Positions 39,944-48,787 of a stretch of DNA of 64,000 nt are shown piece by piece (positions within the stretch are counted from its first letter, which is position 1; each line of letters begins with the position of its first letter). The DNA is from a plasmid, in sequence record NZ_CP024444.1; one strand, 5' to 3'. Under the pieces are notes generated by a model, which was not told the DNA's origin, searched no databases, and saw only the letters and a program-made list of their open reading frames with translations. Position numbers and translations under genes: made by a program.

Positions 39944-40780
39944 CTAGTATGACGTCTGTCGCACCTGCTTGATCGCGGCCGCGATAGCTAGATCGCGTTG
40001 CTCCTCTTCTCCATCCGCGTTCCAAGCTGCGGAAAGGCACCCATAAGCGTACGCCTGGTCGAGCAGGCGACGCGGATCGACGTCCAGCGCACGAGAGAAT
40101 GCGTCCGCCATCTGTGCAATGCGTCTAGGATCGAGACAAAGGTCGTCTCTGTCAGCCGGATCGTAGAACATATTGGCGGCGCCAAAGCCCACTTCACCGA
40201 CCAGACCGACGGGATCTATCACCAGCCAGCCGCGACTGGAGAACATGATGTTTTCATGATGCAGATCGCCATGTAGCCCACGCAGTTCCGAGGCATTGCT
40301 CATCATTTGATCGGCTATAATCGCCGCGTGGACGTAGTCAGTTTGACAACCTGCGTTTTGATCATCGCGCGCCCGCTGAAACAAAGCTGCAAAGCGATCC
40401 CGGATCGGGAGAAGGGCAGAAGGCAGGGGTTCCTCAGATGCGGCATACAGCTTCGCCATTAGTTCCGCTGCAATTTCGGTCGCCTGGTAGTCGCCGTGCT
40501 CGGCAACGATGTGAGAGAGCATTCGCTCCCCGGCATATTCGAGCAACATCAGATTGTTCTCACGACCGAGCAACCGGACTGCTCCCCTCCCATTGCGCCA
40601 TACCAGATAGTCGGCCCCGCGCAGTTCATCAGCAATGTCTTCTATAGGTTTCAATCCCTTGACGATTGCAGGAGTCCCGTCTGGCAATGAAACTTTCCAA
40701 ACGAGGCTGGAAAAGGTGTCCGCAATGAGAACAGGTTGCGAAACGTGCCAATGAGCAGGAAAAACAGGCGGCATGAACAT
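39944..40780 (-). CDS. strB: aminoglycoside 6-phosphotransferase APH(6)-Id (streptomycin resistance)
   Basis: Starts MFMPPVFPAHWHVSQPVLIADTFSSLVWKVSLPDGTPAIVKGLKP..., the recalled StrB sequence. Start overlaps the strA stop by 1 nt (TGATG). Confidence 0.95.
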   Translation of the reverse strand: MFMPPVFPAHWHVSQPVLIADTFSSLVWKVSLPDGTPAIVKGLKPIEDIADELRGADYLVWRNGRGAVRLLGRENNLMLLEYAGERMLSHIVAEHGDYQATEIAAELMAKLYAASEEPLPSALLPIRDRFAALFQRARDDQNAGCQTDYVHAAIIADQMMSNASELRGLHGDLHHENIMFSSRGWLVIDPVGLVGEVGFGAANMFYDPADRDDLCLDPRRIAQMADAFSRALDVDPRRLLDQAYAYGCLSAAWNADGEEEQRDLAIAAAIKQVRQTSY

Positions 40781-41583
40781 CAACCCCAAGTCAGAGGGTC
40801 CAATCGCAGATAGAAGGCAAGGCGTTCGCGGTCGGGGGCTTCGATCCCCAATACATTGAATAGGACAGCGAAGGCGCGCTCTGCTTCATCTGGCGCTGCC
40901 CAGTTCTCTTCGGCGTTAGCAATCATGAGTGCCAAATCGGCATAGCGATCTGCTGTTCCGAGCCGCCCAAGGTCGATCAGACCCGTGCATTGAAGAGTTT
41001 TAGGGTCCACCATGAAGTTCGGCATGCAGGGATCACCATGGCAAACAACCATATCGGTGCGCTCTTGGTCGAGCCGCACCGGTAGCTCTCGTTCGACACG
41101 AGCCAAAAGATCGAGCTGCGGCGTACTCTTGTCCTCGTCCGGTAAGAAGTCGGGATTGACGGCATTGCGGGACACCACATCAACGGCGCGTCCGAACATT
41201 CGCGACAGCCTGCGCTCAAACGGACATTGATCAACCGATAGGCTGTGAACAGCGCCAAGTTGCTGCCCCATTGACGGCCACGCTTTGAGCAAATCCGCTC
41301 CAGACAGATCAGCCGCCGGTACTCCCGGAATTGCCGTTATCACCAAGCATGCACCCTCCTGTTCCTCCTGCCAGTTGATCACCTCGGGGCAAGCCACACC
41401 TCGACCTTTGAGCCAAATGAGGCGGTCACGCTCTCCAGCGAGCTCACCGCGGCGGGAAGCAGGTGCGATTTTCGCGAAGGCATGCCCGTCACCACGTCGA
41501 AAAACAAAATCACCAGATTCTCCGCCTCTGACAGGCAACCAGTCAGAATGCGATTCACCAAAAAAAATATTAGTTCGATTCAA
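40780..41583 (-). CDS. strA: aminoglycoside 3''-phosphotransferase APH(3'')-Ib (streptomycin resistance)
   Basis: MNRTNIFFGESHSDWLPVRGGESGDFVFRRGDGHAFAKIAP... matches recalled StrA. GC-rich. Confidence 0.95.
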   Translation of the reverse strand: MNRTNIFFGESHSDWLPVRGGESGDFVFRRGDGHAFAKIAPASRRGELAGERDRLIWLKGRGVACPEVINWQEEQEGACLVITAIPGVPAADLSGADLLKAWPSMGQQLGAVHSLSVDQCPFERRLSRMFGRAVDVVSRNAVNPDFLPDEDKSTPQLDLLARVERELPVRLDQERTDMVVCHGDPCMPNFMVDPKTLQCTGLIDLGRLGTADRYADLALMIANAEENWAAPDEAERAFAVLFNVLGIEAPDRERLAFYLRLDPLTWG

Positions 41584-41659
41584 TGGAGGTTCCTTCAGTT
41601 TTCTGATGAAGCGCGGAGGTGGCTCATTTGTCTTTTCTCAACAACAACAAAATAATTTT

Positions 41660-41730
41660 ATGGGGTAAAGGGGTATCCCCTTTCGGACTTCCAAACTTAA
41701 TGAAATTAGTTTGGTAAAGTGCGCCATTCT
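41660..41730. promoter_or_regulatory. MOBQ-type oriT-like region (hairpin plus nick-core-like GGTAAAGTGCGCC)
   Basis: Inverted repeat AAAGGGGTATCCCCTTT (41667-41683) followed by TTGGTAAAGTGCGCCATTCTGG. Resembles the RSF1010/R1162 oriT (...CCGGTAAATGCGCCCT). Adjacent to mobC. Confidence 0.5.
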
Positions 41731-41767
41731 GGAAAACCATTATAGCTTAGGAAGGCATTGAATCTCA

Positions 41768-42100
41768 ATGGCAGGTATCCTATGCTTGAATGGTTTTTTA
41801 GGTATGGGAATTACAATGACAAATGAATCTTTAGAACAGAGAATTGCTAAGCAGGAAGAACGCTTAAAGCAACAGGAAGAACGCTTAAAGCAGCTTAAAG
41901 CTCAAAAGCAGGCTAAAGACGCTCGTGAAAAGGCAAAACAGAAAGAACAAGATCGAAAAAACGATACCAGACGTAAAATTTTACTGGGTTCTTACTTGCT
42001 CAAGAAAATGGAAGATGAAGCAGAGAAACAAAAAATACTCGCTGGCATCAACGAGTATTTAACAGAAGATCGGGATAGAAAATTATTTAATCTGCCATAA
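41768..42100 (+). CDS. mobC: MobC-family mobilisation accessory protein
   Basis: LEQRIAKQEERLKQ...KNDTRRKILLGSYLLKK...YLTEDRDRKLFNLP parallels RSF1010 MobC (LEEQRARINAEIQ...KNETRRKVLVGAMIL...YLERDHDRALFGLP). The true start may be the ATG at 41816. Confidence 0.7.
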   Translation: MAGILCLNGFLGMGITMTNESLEQRIAKQEERLKQQEERLKQLKAQKQAKDAREKAKQKEQDRKNDTRRKILLGSYLLKKMEDEAEKQKILAGINEYLTEDRDRKLFNLP

Positions 42101-42331
42101 TTAATTTTGTATTGTTTTTAGCATATTGATAGCAAAGGTTACTTTGCTTTCAATATCTTTAAGCACTGTTTTATGATCATTGAAATCATCAAAATGTTTA
42201 ATCTCAACATCAATAATAGAGCTTAAATATCCAGTCAATATCTTTGCTTTTACTTCATTACTCTGATTGAAAATAACATCATTGAATTTGGCAACTTCTT
42301 CATCAAAATTAAAATTATCTAACTCAATCAT
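42101..42331 (-). CDS. small rep-associated hypothetical protein
   Basis: 76 aa. Start overlaps the rep stop (ATGA). Confidence 0.4.
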   Translation of the reverse strand: MIELDNFNFDEEVAKFNDVIFNQSNEVKAKILTGYLSSIIDVEIKHFDDFNDHKTVLKDIESKVTFAINMLKTIQN

Positions 42332-42807
42332 GGTTTAAATCCTAGTTTTTTTAAATATGGAAGAAGCTGTGGTTGTTGGTCAGGATCTCGAAGCATTGTT
42401 TTAAGCCTTAATGCTAAATCTTTGTAGCTTTCACCCTCTCTAGCTAAATAACTTAATTCAGAAAGTTCTGATAATTGATTACCAAAACTATCAACCTGAG
42501 CATCAGACAGTTTAAGGAAGTTATTTTTCTGTTCTTCAAACATATCAATTGTGTCAGGGCATCTTAATTGCTCTTTTTCTGCATTTTTCTTCTTAAATTT
42601 TAGCTCAAGACTATGAAATTTATTGCCCTTTTTAATTAGCTCATATTTAACCGTATAAGGGGATTTTTCATTAATTTCAGTACATGCAGCATCAATCACA
42701 CGCCTTTTTAAATCAGCAGCATTTGAATATAGACTTTCTAAAGAAAGTATTTTACGCAATTCTTTAAGGGGAATGTTGCAATAACCTGTCGACTTAAATT
42801 GCATCAT
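42328..42807 (-). pseudogene. rep: Rep_3-family plasmid replication initiator, N-terminally truncated
   Basis: LKELRKILSLE...DLKRRVIDAACTEINEKSPYTVKYELIKKGNKFHSLELKF is the C-terminal signature of Rep_3 (RepAci-like) initiators. Only about 159 aa remain, next to an IS. Confidence 0.65.
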
Positions 42808-42894
42808 TAATTGATATATTCGGAAGCTATAAGAGAGGTGGTCCCACTTGTTTGAACAACTAAAAGCGTATTTATAAGTGATATTCCGCTCTAG

Positions 42895-43635
42895 TTAAGC
42901 CACCTTGTTTTGTTGGGGTAGCTGATCATAGTAAAACTCATTTGGTGTCATTTTGTCTAGACTCGAATGAGGTCGTTTCAAATTATAAAACTCAAAATAT
43001 GCACTTAATTGCTTTTTCGCATCTGTGACACTGCTATAAGCTTTGAGATACACCTCTTCATATTTAACGCTCCGCCATAATCGTTCAACCATCACATTAT
43101 CTACCCATCGACCTTTACCATCCATACTGATTTGAATGCCATTTGATTTCAATACATCAATAAATGCATCACTGGTAAACTGGCTGCCTTGGTCTGTATT
43201 AAATATTTCAGGTCGACCATATTTTTCAATCGCTTCATTTAAAGCCGAAATACAAAAATCCACCTCCATACTAATCGATACCCTATGCGCAAGTACCTTG
43301 CGGCTATGCCAATCAATCACAGCACATAAATAAACAAAGCCTTTTGCCATAGGGATATACGTTATATCCGTAGACCACACTTGATTACTGCGCTGAATAG
43401 CCAACCCTTTGAGCAGATATGGATATTTACGGTGAGCTTGATTAGCCTGGCTTAAATTTGGTTTGCAATATAACGCCTGAATACCCATTTTCTTCATTAA
43501 AGTACGTGTATGACGTCGTCCTATATGATGTCCTTGACGATTCAACAAATCACGCATCATACGACTGCCTGCAAAAGGATATTGCATATGTAATTCATCA
43601 ATACATCGCATCAGCTTCAGATCTGATGCACTCAC
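42895..43635 (-). CDS. IS3-family transposase OrfB (DDE integrase)
   Basis: WSTDITYIP...DQGSQFTSDAF...ERLWRSVKYEEVYL. Confidence 0.8.
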   Translation of the reverse strand: MSASDLKLMRCIDELHMQYPFAGSRMMRDLLNRQGHHIGRRHTRTLMKKMGIQALYCKPNLSQANQAHRKYPYLLKGLAIQRSNQVWSTDITYIPMAKGFVYLCAVIDWHSRKVLAHRVSISMEVDFCISALNEAIEKYGRPEIFNTDQGSQFTSDAFIDVLKSNGIQISMDGKGRWVDNVMVERLWRSVKYEEVYLKAYSSVTDAKKQLSAYFEFYNLKRPHSSLDKMTPNEFYYDQLPQQNKVA

Positions 43636-43721
43636 AGGTTTTGGGCGATAGTAATAACAACCACGGGAGACTTTCAGCAGCTTAGCTTGCTTAGATACTG
43701 AAATCTGAAGTGAGTCGTCGA

Positions 43722-44039
43722 TTAACTTTTGTGGTTGAAGCGGCCCAGTTTCTTCAACACACCTTCTAAAAAATCAATTTCTAATGCCTGCTCACCGATT
43801 TTTGCATGTAGTTTTTTTAGATCGATGGGTGGTTCTGTTGGAGCTTTTGATTGATCGAAAGCTTGCGAGGAAGCTGAGATCAATTGATTTTTCCAGTCAA
43901 TAATTTGGTTTTGATGAACATCAAACTCAGCACTCAATTCAGCAAGTGTTTTTTCTGCTTTAATCGCAGCAAGTGCTACCTTAGCTTTAAAATCATTTGA
44001 ATGATTTCTTCTTGGTCTACGTGCCATAAAATACTCCAT
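43722..44039 (-). CDS. IS3-family transposase OrfA
   Basis: MARRPRRNHSNDFKAKVALAAIKAEKTLAELSAEFDVHQNQIIDWKNQL. Confidence 0.8.
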   Translation of the reverse strand: MEYFMARRPRRNHSNDFKAKVALAAIKAEKTLAELSAEFDVHQNQIIDWKNQLISASSQAFDQSKAPTEPPIDLKKLHAKIGEQALEIDFLEGVLKKLGRFNHKS

Positions 44040-44191
44040 ATATTGATGTTTATAACATCATTTGAGGAGCAGAATATCACTTATAGGAGTTGTTCAAATT
44101 TACGGATCCATCTCTTTATCTCAATTGAACACCTTCATGAGTCGGTTAGTATATTAATCGCTTATTTCTATCTCACTCACAGGATAAATGC

Positions 44192-44830
44192 ATGAGAAGA
44201 TTGCCAGTTTACCTTTTACTTGATACATCAGGTTCTATGTATGGAGAACCTATTGCAGCAGTAAAAAATGGCGTTGAAATGCTCTTATCAACACTACGCC
44301 AGGATCCTTACGCATTAGAAACCGCTTATATTTCTATCATCACCTTTGATTCAACCGCACAACAGATTGTACCGCTCACTGATTTAATTAATTTTAAAGT
44401 ACCTGATTTAGTCGCAAGTGGAACAACTGCATTAGGTTCAGCACTTACTTTAGTTTCCAGTCGTATTGAAAAAGAAGTACAAAAAACCACGGCTGAAACA
44501 AAAGGCGATTGGCGCCCATTAGTTTTTGTGATGACAGATGGAGCCCCAACAGACGATTGGAAAAAAGGCGTTGAGAAATTTAAAGCGGCACGCACGGGTG
44601 TTGTTATTGCGTGTGCGGCAGGACGAGCAGCACAAACTGATGTGCTAAAAAATATCACCGAAATTGTCTTACAGCTAGATACTGCGGACTCCAACACCAT
44701 TAAGTCATTCTTTAAGTGGGTTTCAGCCAGTATTTCTGTCGGTAGTCAAAAGGTCGATTTAACTAAGAAAGATATTAATGATCTTGATGACTTACCACCG
44801 CCACCTCCTGAGGTTAACGTTGTACTTTAA
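44192..44830 (+). CDS. TerY-like von Willebrand factor A (vWA) protein 1
   Basis: MIDAS motif LLLDTSGSM...S...T...MTDGAPTD. C-terminal PPPPPEV tail. 212 aa. Confidence 0.8.
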   Translation: MRRLPVYLLLDTSGSMYGEPIAAVKNGVEMLLSTLRQDPYALETAYISIITFDSTAQQIVPLTDLINFKVPDLVASGTTALGSALTLVSSRIEKEVQKTTAETKGDWRPLVFVMTDGAPTDDWKKGVEKFKAARTGVVIACAAGRAAQTDVLKNITEIVLQLDTADSNTIKSFFKWVSASISVGSQKVDLTKKDINDLDDLPPPPPEVNVVL

Positions 44831-44847
44831 ATAAAAAAGGAATGAAT

Positions 44848-45489
44848 ATGTCTGTTAGTTTAAAAAAAGGACAAGGTGTTAGTTTAAAGAAAAATGAATA
44901 TGACCTTTCCTCTGTCACTATCGGTTTAGGCTGGGATATCAACGAAGAAAAACGCGGATTTCTTGGTGGGCTTTTTGGTAAAAAAAGCGAAGAATACGAT
45001 TTAGATGTTATCGCCTTCTTATGTGGCGAAAATGGTAAAGTTAACGATTTGGGACAAATTGAAGGCGGGCAACCTTCTCTCGTCAATGGCGATATTATTT
45101 TCTTTAATAGCTTACAACACAAATCTGGACAGATTTGGTTAACGGGTGATAACCGAACTGGTGCTGGCGATGGAGACGATGAGCAGATCATCGTGAAATT
45201 AAACACACTTGATCCTAAATTTACCAAAATTGTCTTTATTGTTCAGATTTACAATGGTCGAGAGCTACAACAACACTTCGGTAAAGTACAAAACGCCTTT
45301 ATCCGCGCTGTTGATGCCAAAAATGTAGAAATGGCTCGTTTTGATTTATCTGGAGGCGAAGCCTTCAACAACCAACGTTCAATGCTGTTTGCTGAATTAG
45401 TCAGAGAAGAAAATGGCTGGAAACTTATCGCCATTGGCGAGCCTTCAAGTTCAGATAGCTTCATTTCTTACTTAAAGGACTTCACCTAA
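44848..45489 (+). CDS. TerD-family stress protein
   Basis: SLKKGQGVSLKK...LGWD..., GDNRTGAGDGDDEQI calcium-binding-type TerD motifs. The ATG at 44848 has better RBS spacing than the track start at 44842. Confidence 0.75.
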   Translation: MSVSLKKGQGVSLKKNEYDLSSVTIGLGWDINEEKRGFLGGLFGKKSEEYDLDVIAFLCGENGKVNDLGQIEGGQPSLVNGDIIFFNSLQHKSGQIWLTGDNRTGAGDGDDEQIIVKLNTLDPKFTKIVFIVQIYNGRELQQHFGKVQNAFIRAVDAKNVEMARFDLSGGEAFNNQRSMLFAELVREENGWKLIAIGEPSSSDSFISYLKDFT

Positions 45490-46127
45490 TGAGAAGACTC
45501 CCTGTTTACCTATTAATCGATACTTCTGGATCAATGAGGGGTGAATCTATTCATGCGGTTAACGTTGGCATACAAACAATGCTTAATGCATTGAGACAAG
45601 ATCCTTACGCATTAGAAAGTGTGCATATCTCCATCATTACCTATGATAATGAAGCACGTGAATTTATCCCATTAACCGCATTAGAGGATTTCCAATTCTC
45701 TGATATCACTGTACCTAGCTCTGGCGGTACTTTTACGGGGGCAGCACTGGAGTGTCTAATCAAGTGTGTCGATCGTGATATTAAACGCTCTGATGGTGAC
45801 CAAAAAGGTGACTGGCGCCCTCTCGTTTTTTTAATGACCGATGGCACACCTTCTGATGCTTACGCCTATGGTGAAGCGATTAAAGAAGTGAAAAAACGTT
45901 CATTTGGTTCGATCATCGCTTGTGCTGTTGGCCCGAAAGCCAAACACGATCACCTTAAAGAACTCACATCTCAAGTAGTGGCTTTAGAAACGCTAGACTC
46001 CAATGCCTTCTCTGGCTTCTTTAAATGGGTTTCTGCCAGTGTTGCATCCGGCAGCTCAAGTGCAGGCGTGAATACGGATAAAGATACCCTACCGCCACCA
46101 CCTCCTGAAATCCAACTGGTACTGTGA
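45489..46127 (+). CDS. TerY-like vWA protein 2
   Basis: MRRLPVYLLIDTSGSMRGE...LMTDGTPSD. Paralog of 44192-44830 (about 45% identical) with the same PPPPPE tail. Start overlaps the TerD stop (TAATG). Confidence 0.8.
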   Translation: MRRLPVYLLIDTSGSMRGESIHAVNVGIQTMLNALRQDPYALESVHISIITYDNEAREFIPLTALEDFQFSDITVPSSGGTFTGAALECLIKCVDRDIKRSDGDQKGDWRPLVFLMTDGTPSDAYAYGEAIKEVKKRSFGSIIACAVGPKAKHDHLKELTSQVVALETLDSNAFSGFFKWVSASVASGSSSAGVNTDKDTLPPPPPEIQLVL

Positions 46128-46232
46128 TCTGCAAAAGCAAAGCGCTTCAAAAGGCTTTGCTTTTATTTTATTCAGGCTTTGGTTTATTCATCACAATACA
46201 TAACAGCCACAATAAAGTGATAAGGTACAACA

Positions 46233-47273
46233 ATGAGAAGGCTACCCATTTTCTTTGTTTTAGATTGTTCAGAATCGATGATTGGTGAAAACCTAAAAAA
46301 GATGAATGACGGTCTGACAACTATTATTAGCGATCTAAGGCGTGATCCACACGCCCTTGAAACTGCTTATGTTTCTATTATCGCCTTTGCTGGCGTTGCA
46401 AAAACGATTGTTCCACTCACTGAAGTCGTCTCTTTTTACCCACCTCAACTTCCATTAGGAGGAGGCACTTCATTAGGCAGTGCATTACGAGAACTTTCTC
46501 ACCAAATCGACACTCAAGTAAGAAAAACCACGCTTGAGCAAAAAGGCGATTGGAAGCCTGTCGTTTACCTTTTAACAGATGGCAGGCCTACCGATGATTA
46601 CGCACAAGAGATCAAGCGCTGGAAAGATCACTACGCCAACAAAGTTAACTTAATTGCGATTGGATTAGGCTTAAGTGCAGACTTACATGTGCTGTCGCAA
46701 TTAACTGAAAATGTACTGTTATTTACCGAAACACAAGAAGGCGATTTTACTCGTTTTATTAAATGGATAACGATGTCAGTGGTTTCTCATAGCCGAAGTG
46801 TGGGCGAAGAGCCACCACCACTTTTAAGTCAAACAGAGCATATTGTTCGCCTTGCAAAAGATGATGTCGCGCGTGCTTATGATGAATCTTGTGTCACTTT
46901 TGTCGGCCGTTGTAGCCACACACGCTCACCTTATTTAATGAAATATGAACGCCCTCCCATGAAAGCTTCAGGGCTGGATTTTAATCTTAACCTTAATGGC
47001 TTTAACTTAACGGGTTGCTACACCTTAAATGAAGATTACTTTGCATGGAGTGATCTCAGCGCCACCGCATATCAAGTTAATACCAGTGAACTTCATGGCA
47101 CTCCAGGTTGCCCTTATTGTGGTAATGCGACTGCTTTTGCCGTTTGCCAATGTGGCAAATTGCTCTGTGTAAATGGCCCTGAAACCGTTATTTGCCCTTG
47201 GTGTGATAACAACATCACCTTTGGGGATAACAGCAATCAATCTGACTTTGATGTTACACGAGGTAAAGGCTAA
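46233..47273 (+). CDS. TerY-like vWA protein 3 with a C-terminal cysteine-rich zinc ribbon
   Basis: MRRLPIFFVLDCSESM...LLTDGRPTDD, then about 140 aa of extension ending CPYCGNATAFAVCQCGKLLCVNGPETVICPWCDNN. Confidence 0.8.
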   Translation: MRRLPIFFVLDCSESMIGENLKKMNDGLTTIISDLRRDPHALETAYVSIIAFAGVAKTIVPLTEVVSFYPPQLPLGGGTSLGSALRELSHQIDTQVRKTTLEQKGDWKPVVYLLTDGRPTDDYAQEIKRWKDHYANKVNLIAIGLGLSADLHVLSQLTENVLLFTETQEGDFTRFIKWITMSVVSHSRSVGEEPPPLLSQTEHIVRLAKDDVARAYDESCVTFVGRCSHTRSPYLMKYERPPMKASGLDFNLNLNGFNLTGCYTLNEDYFAWSDLSATAYQVNTSELHGTPGCPYCGNATAFAVCQCGKLLCVNGPETVICPWCDNNITFGDNSNQSDFDVTRGKG

Positions 47274-48769
47274 TGGATAAAAAAGCCCTACTCACAAAAC
47301 TGATTATTGATGACACACTGACACAACAGCGTATTCCGGTACATGAAGAGTTGGTTATTGCGCTGTATGAAGATACGAAAATCGCTCAACATATTGATTT
47401 TATTATTGATAGAATCAAAGCAAAAACAGCAGAAAAAATAACAACGCAAGACAAAGCACAACCTATTCTTCTGTTATTGCCACCAGCCCGCGATTTAGCC
47501 TCTGAAGAAATATCATTACCAGAAGAGAGCCTATTAAAACCGGGACAAATTCCAACACACTCATCGCCAATGCCAATAGAAAAACCGATTATTCAACGCC
47601 CTACAGCAAAAATTACTCTTTCTAATGCCAAAGTAGGTACCGCGTTTAACTCTATGCTCAATATCGAGCTAGATACTCTCGAAGTTGCTGAAATTGAAGC
47701 GGTTAATTTTCCTGAAGCACTTGGAATAAGTTTTGATCCTGAAAGTCGTTGCTTAGTAGGTATGCCAACAAAAAGTGGCAATTTCACATTGGTTGTCCAT
47801 TGGTCTGTTAATAACACTCGCTATCACAATGACGTCTTATTAATAATCAATCCTGATCCTCGTAGCTTATGGCAAATCAACGAGCCTCCCGCAGACAGCC
47901 CTTATCCTAAAGCGCATATAGATAGCAAACTTATTCTTGAAGAAGATATTCGTATTGCAGGCGCCAGCCGTCGCGGTCGCTCTCATGAACATGCAGGTAC
48001 ATTCCGTGATGATGATTTTTATATTCACCACGATGAGCAAAGCCAGTGGAATATTTTAATTGTCGCAGACGGTGCGGGTAGTGCACGCTATTCTCGTGAA
48101 GGCTCACGCATTGCTATCAATACCGTAAGCCACTATTTAAAATCACAGTTAAGCAAGGGAAATGAAACGTTTAAACCTCATCTTGAAGCCATCCATCAAT
48201 GGAATGACAATAATGCCATTAATCAAGTAGGAAGTTTCTTTGCTCAACTCTTTCGTAATGCAGCGCAATTAGCGATTAATAACCTCAAAAATGAAGCCAT
48301 TCATATTAATGAACCGGTAAAATCTTTTTCGACTACGTTATTAGCCACGGTTTCTTTGCGTATCAATGATGAGTTATTTGCTGCCTCATTTTGGATGGGA
48401 GATGGTGCTATTGCGGCTTATGGCCCAGCAGGAAAAGTGCGCATTTTAGGTACTCCTGATAGTGGTGAATATGCAGGACAAACCCGTTTTCTTGATGACA
48501 GTGCACTCAACGATGCTGAGTTTAATCGACGCATTATTATTGGTAAGTGGAAAGAAATTTCACATCTTATTTTAATGACTGACGGGGTATCTGATCCGGT
48601 ATTTGAAACAGATAATGGCTTACAAGATCCCAATAAATGGGCTGCACTCATTGATGAAATATCGCCTTGTTTAGCCTCTCCTGAAAATGCAGATAAAGCA
48701 TTGGCTGAATGGCTGAATTTCTTTTCAGCAGGCAATCACGATGACCGCACTCTGGTTGTGGCTTGGTAA
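47273..48769 (+). CDS. PP2C-family (PPM) Ser/Thr protein phosphatase with an N-terminal extension
   Basis: C-terminal 300 aa: RRGRSHEHAGTFRDDDF...LIVADGAGSARYSREGSRIA...MGDGAIAAY...LMTDGVSD...GNHDDRTLVV. Start overlaps the previous stop (TAATG). Confidence 0.75.
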   Translation: MDKKALLTKLIIDDTLTQQRIPVHEELVIALYEDTKIAQHIDFIIDRIKAKTAEKITTQDKAQPILLLLPPARDLASEEISLPEESLLKPGQIPTHSSPMPIEKPIIQRPTAKITLSNAKVGTAFNSMLNIELDTLEVAEIEAVNFPEALGISFDPESRCLVGMPTKSGNFTLVVHWSVNNTRYHNDVLLIINPDPRSLWQINEPPADSPYPKAHIDSKLILEEDIRIAGASRRGRSHEHAGTFRDDDFYIHHDEQSQWNILIVADGAGSARYSREGSRIAINTVSHYLKSQLSKGNETFKPHLEAIHQWNDNNAINQVGSFFAQLFRNAAQLAINNLKNEAIHINEPVKSFSTTLLATVSLRINDELFAASFWMGDGAIAAYGPAGKVRILGTPDSGEYAGQTRFLDDSALNDAEFNRRIIIGKWKEISHLILMTDGVSDPVFETDNGLQDPNKWAALIDEISPCLASPENADKALAEWLNFFSAGNHDDRTLVVAW

Positions 48770-48787
48770 TCATAAAAGAGAGAATGG

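Larger units (their letters stand above)
42853..44096 (-). mobile_element. IS3-family insertion sequence (1244 bp) with 30-bp imperfect terminal IRs
   Basis: IRs TGAACAACTAAAAGCGTATTTATAAGTGATATTCCGCTC (42853) and GAGGAGCAGAATATCACTTATAGGAGTTGTTCA (44064-44096). orfA and orfB on the minus strand. No matching TSD. Confidence 0.8.

Noticed and set aside
41584-41660. Expected sul2 upstream of strA, as in RSF1010 / Tn5393-derived arrays
   Set aside because: The sequence upstream of strA turns AT-rich within about 20 bp and encodes no dihydropteroate synthase. sul2 is absent from this window.
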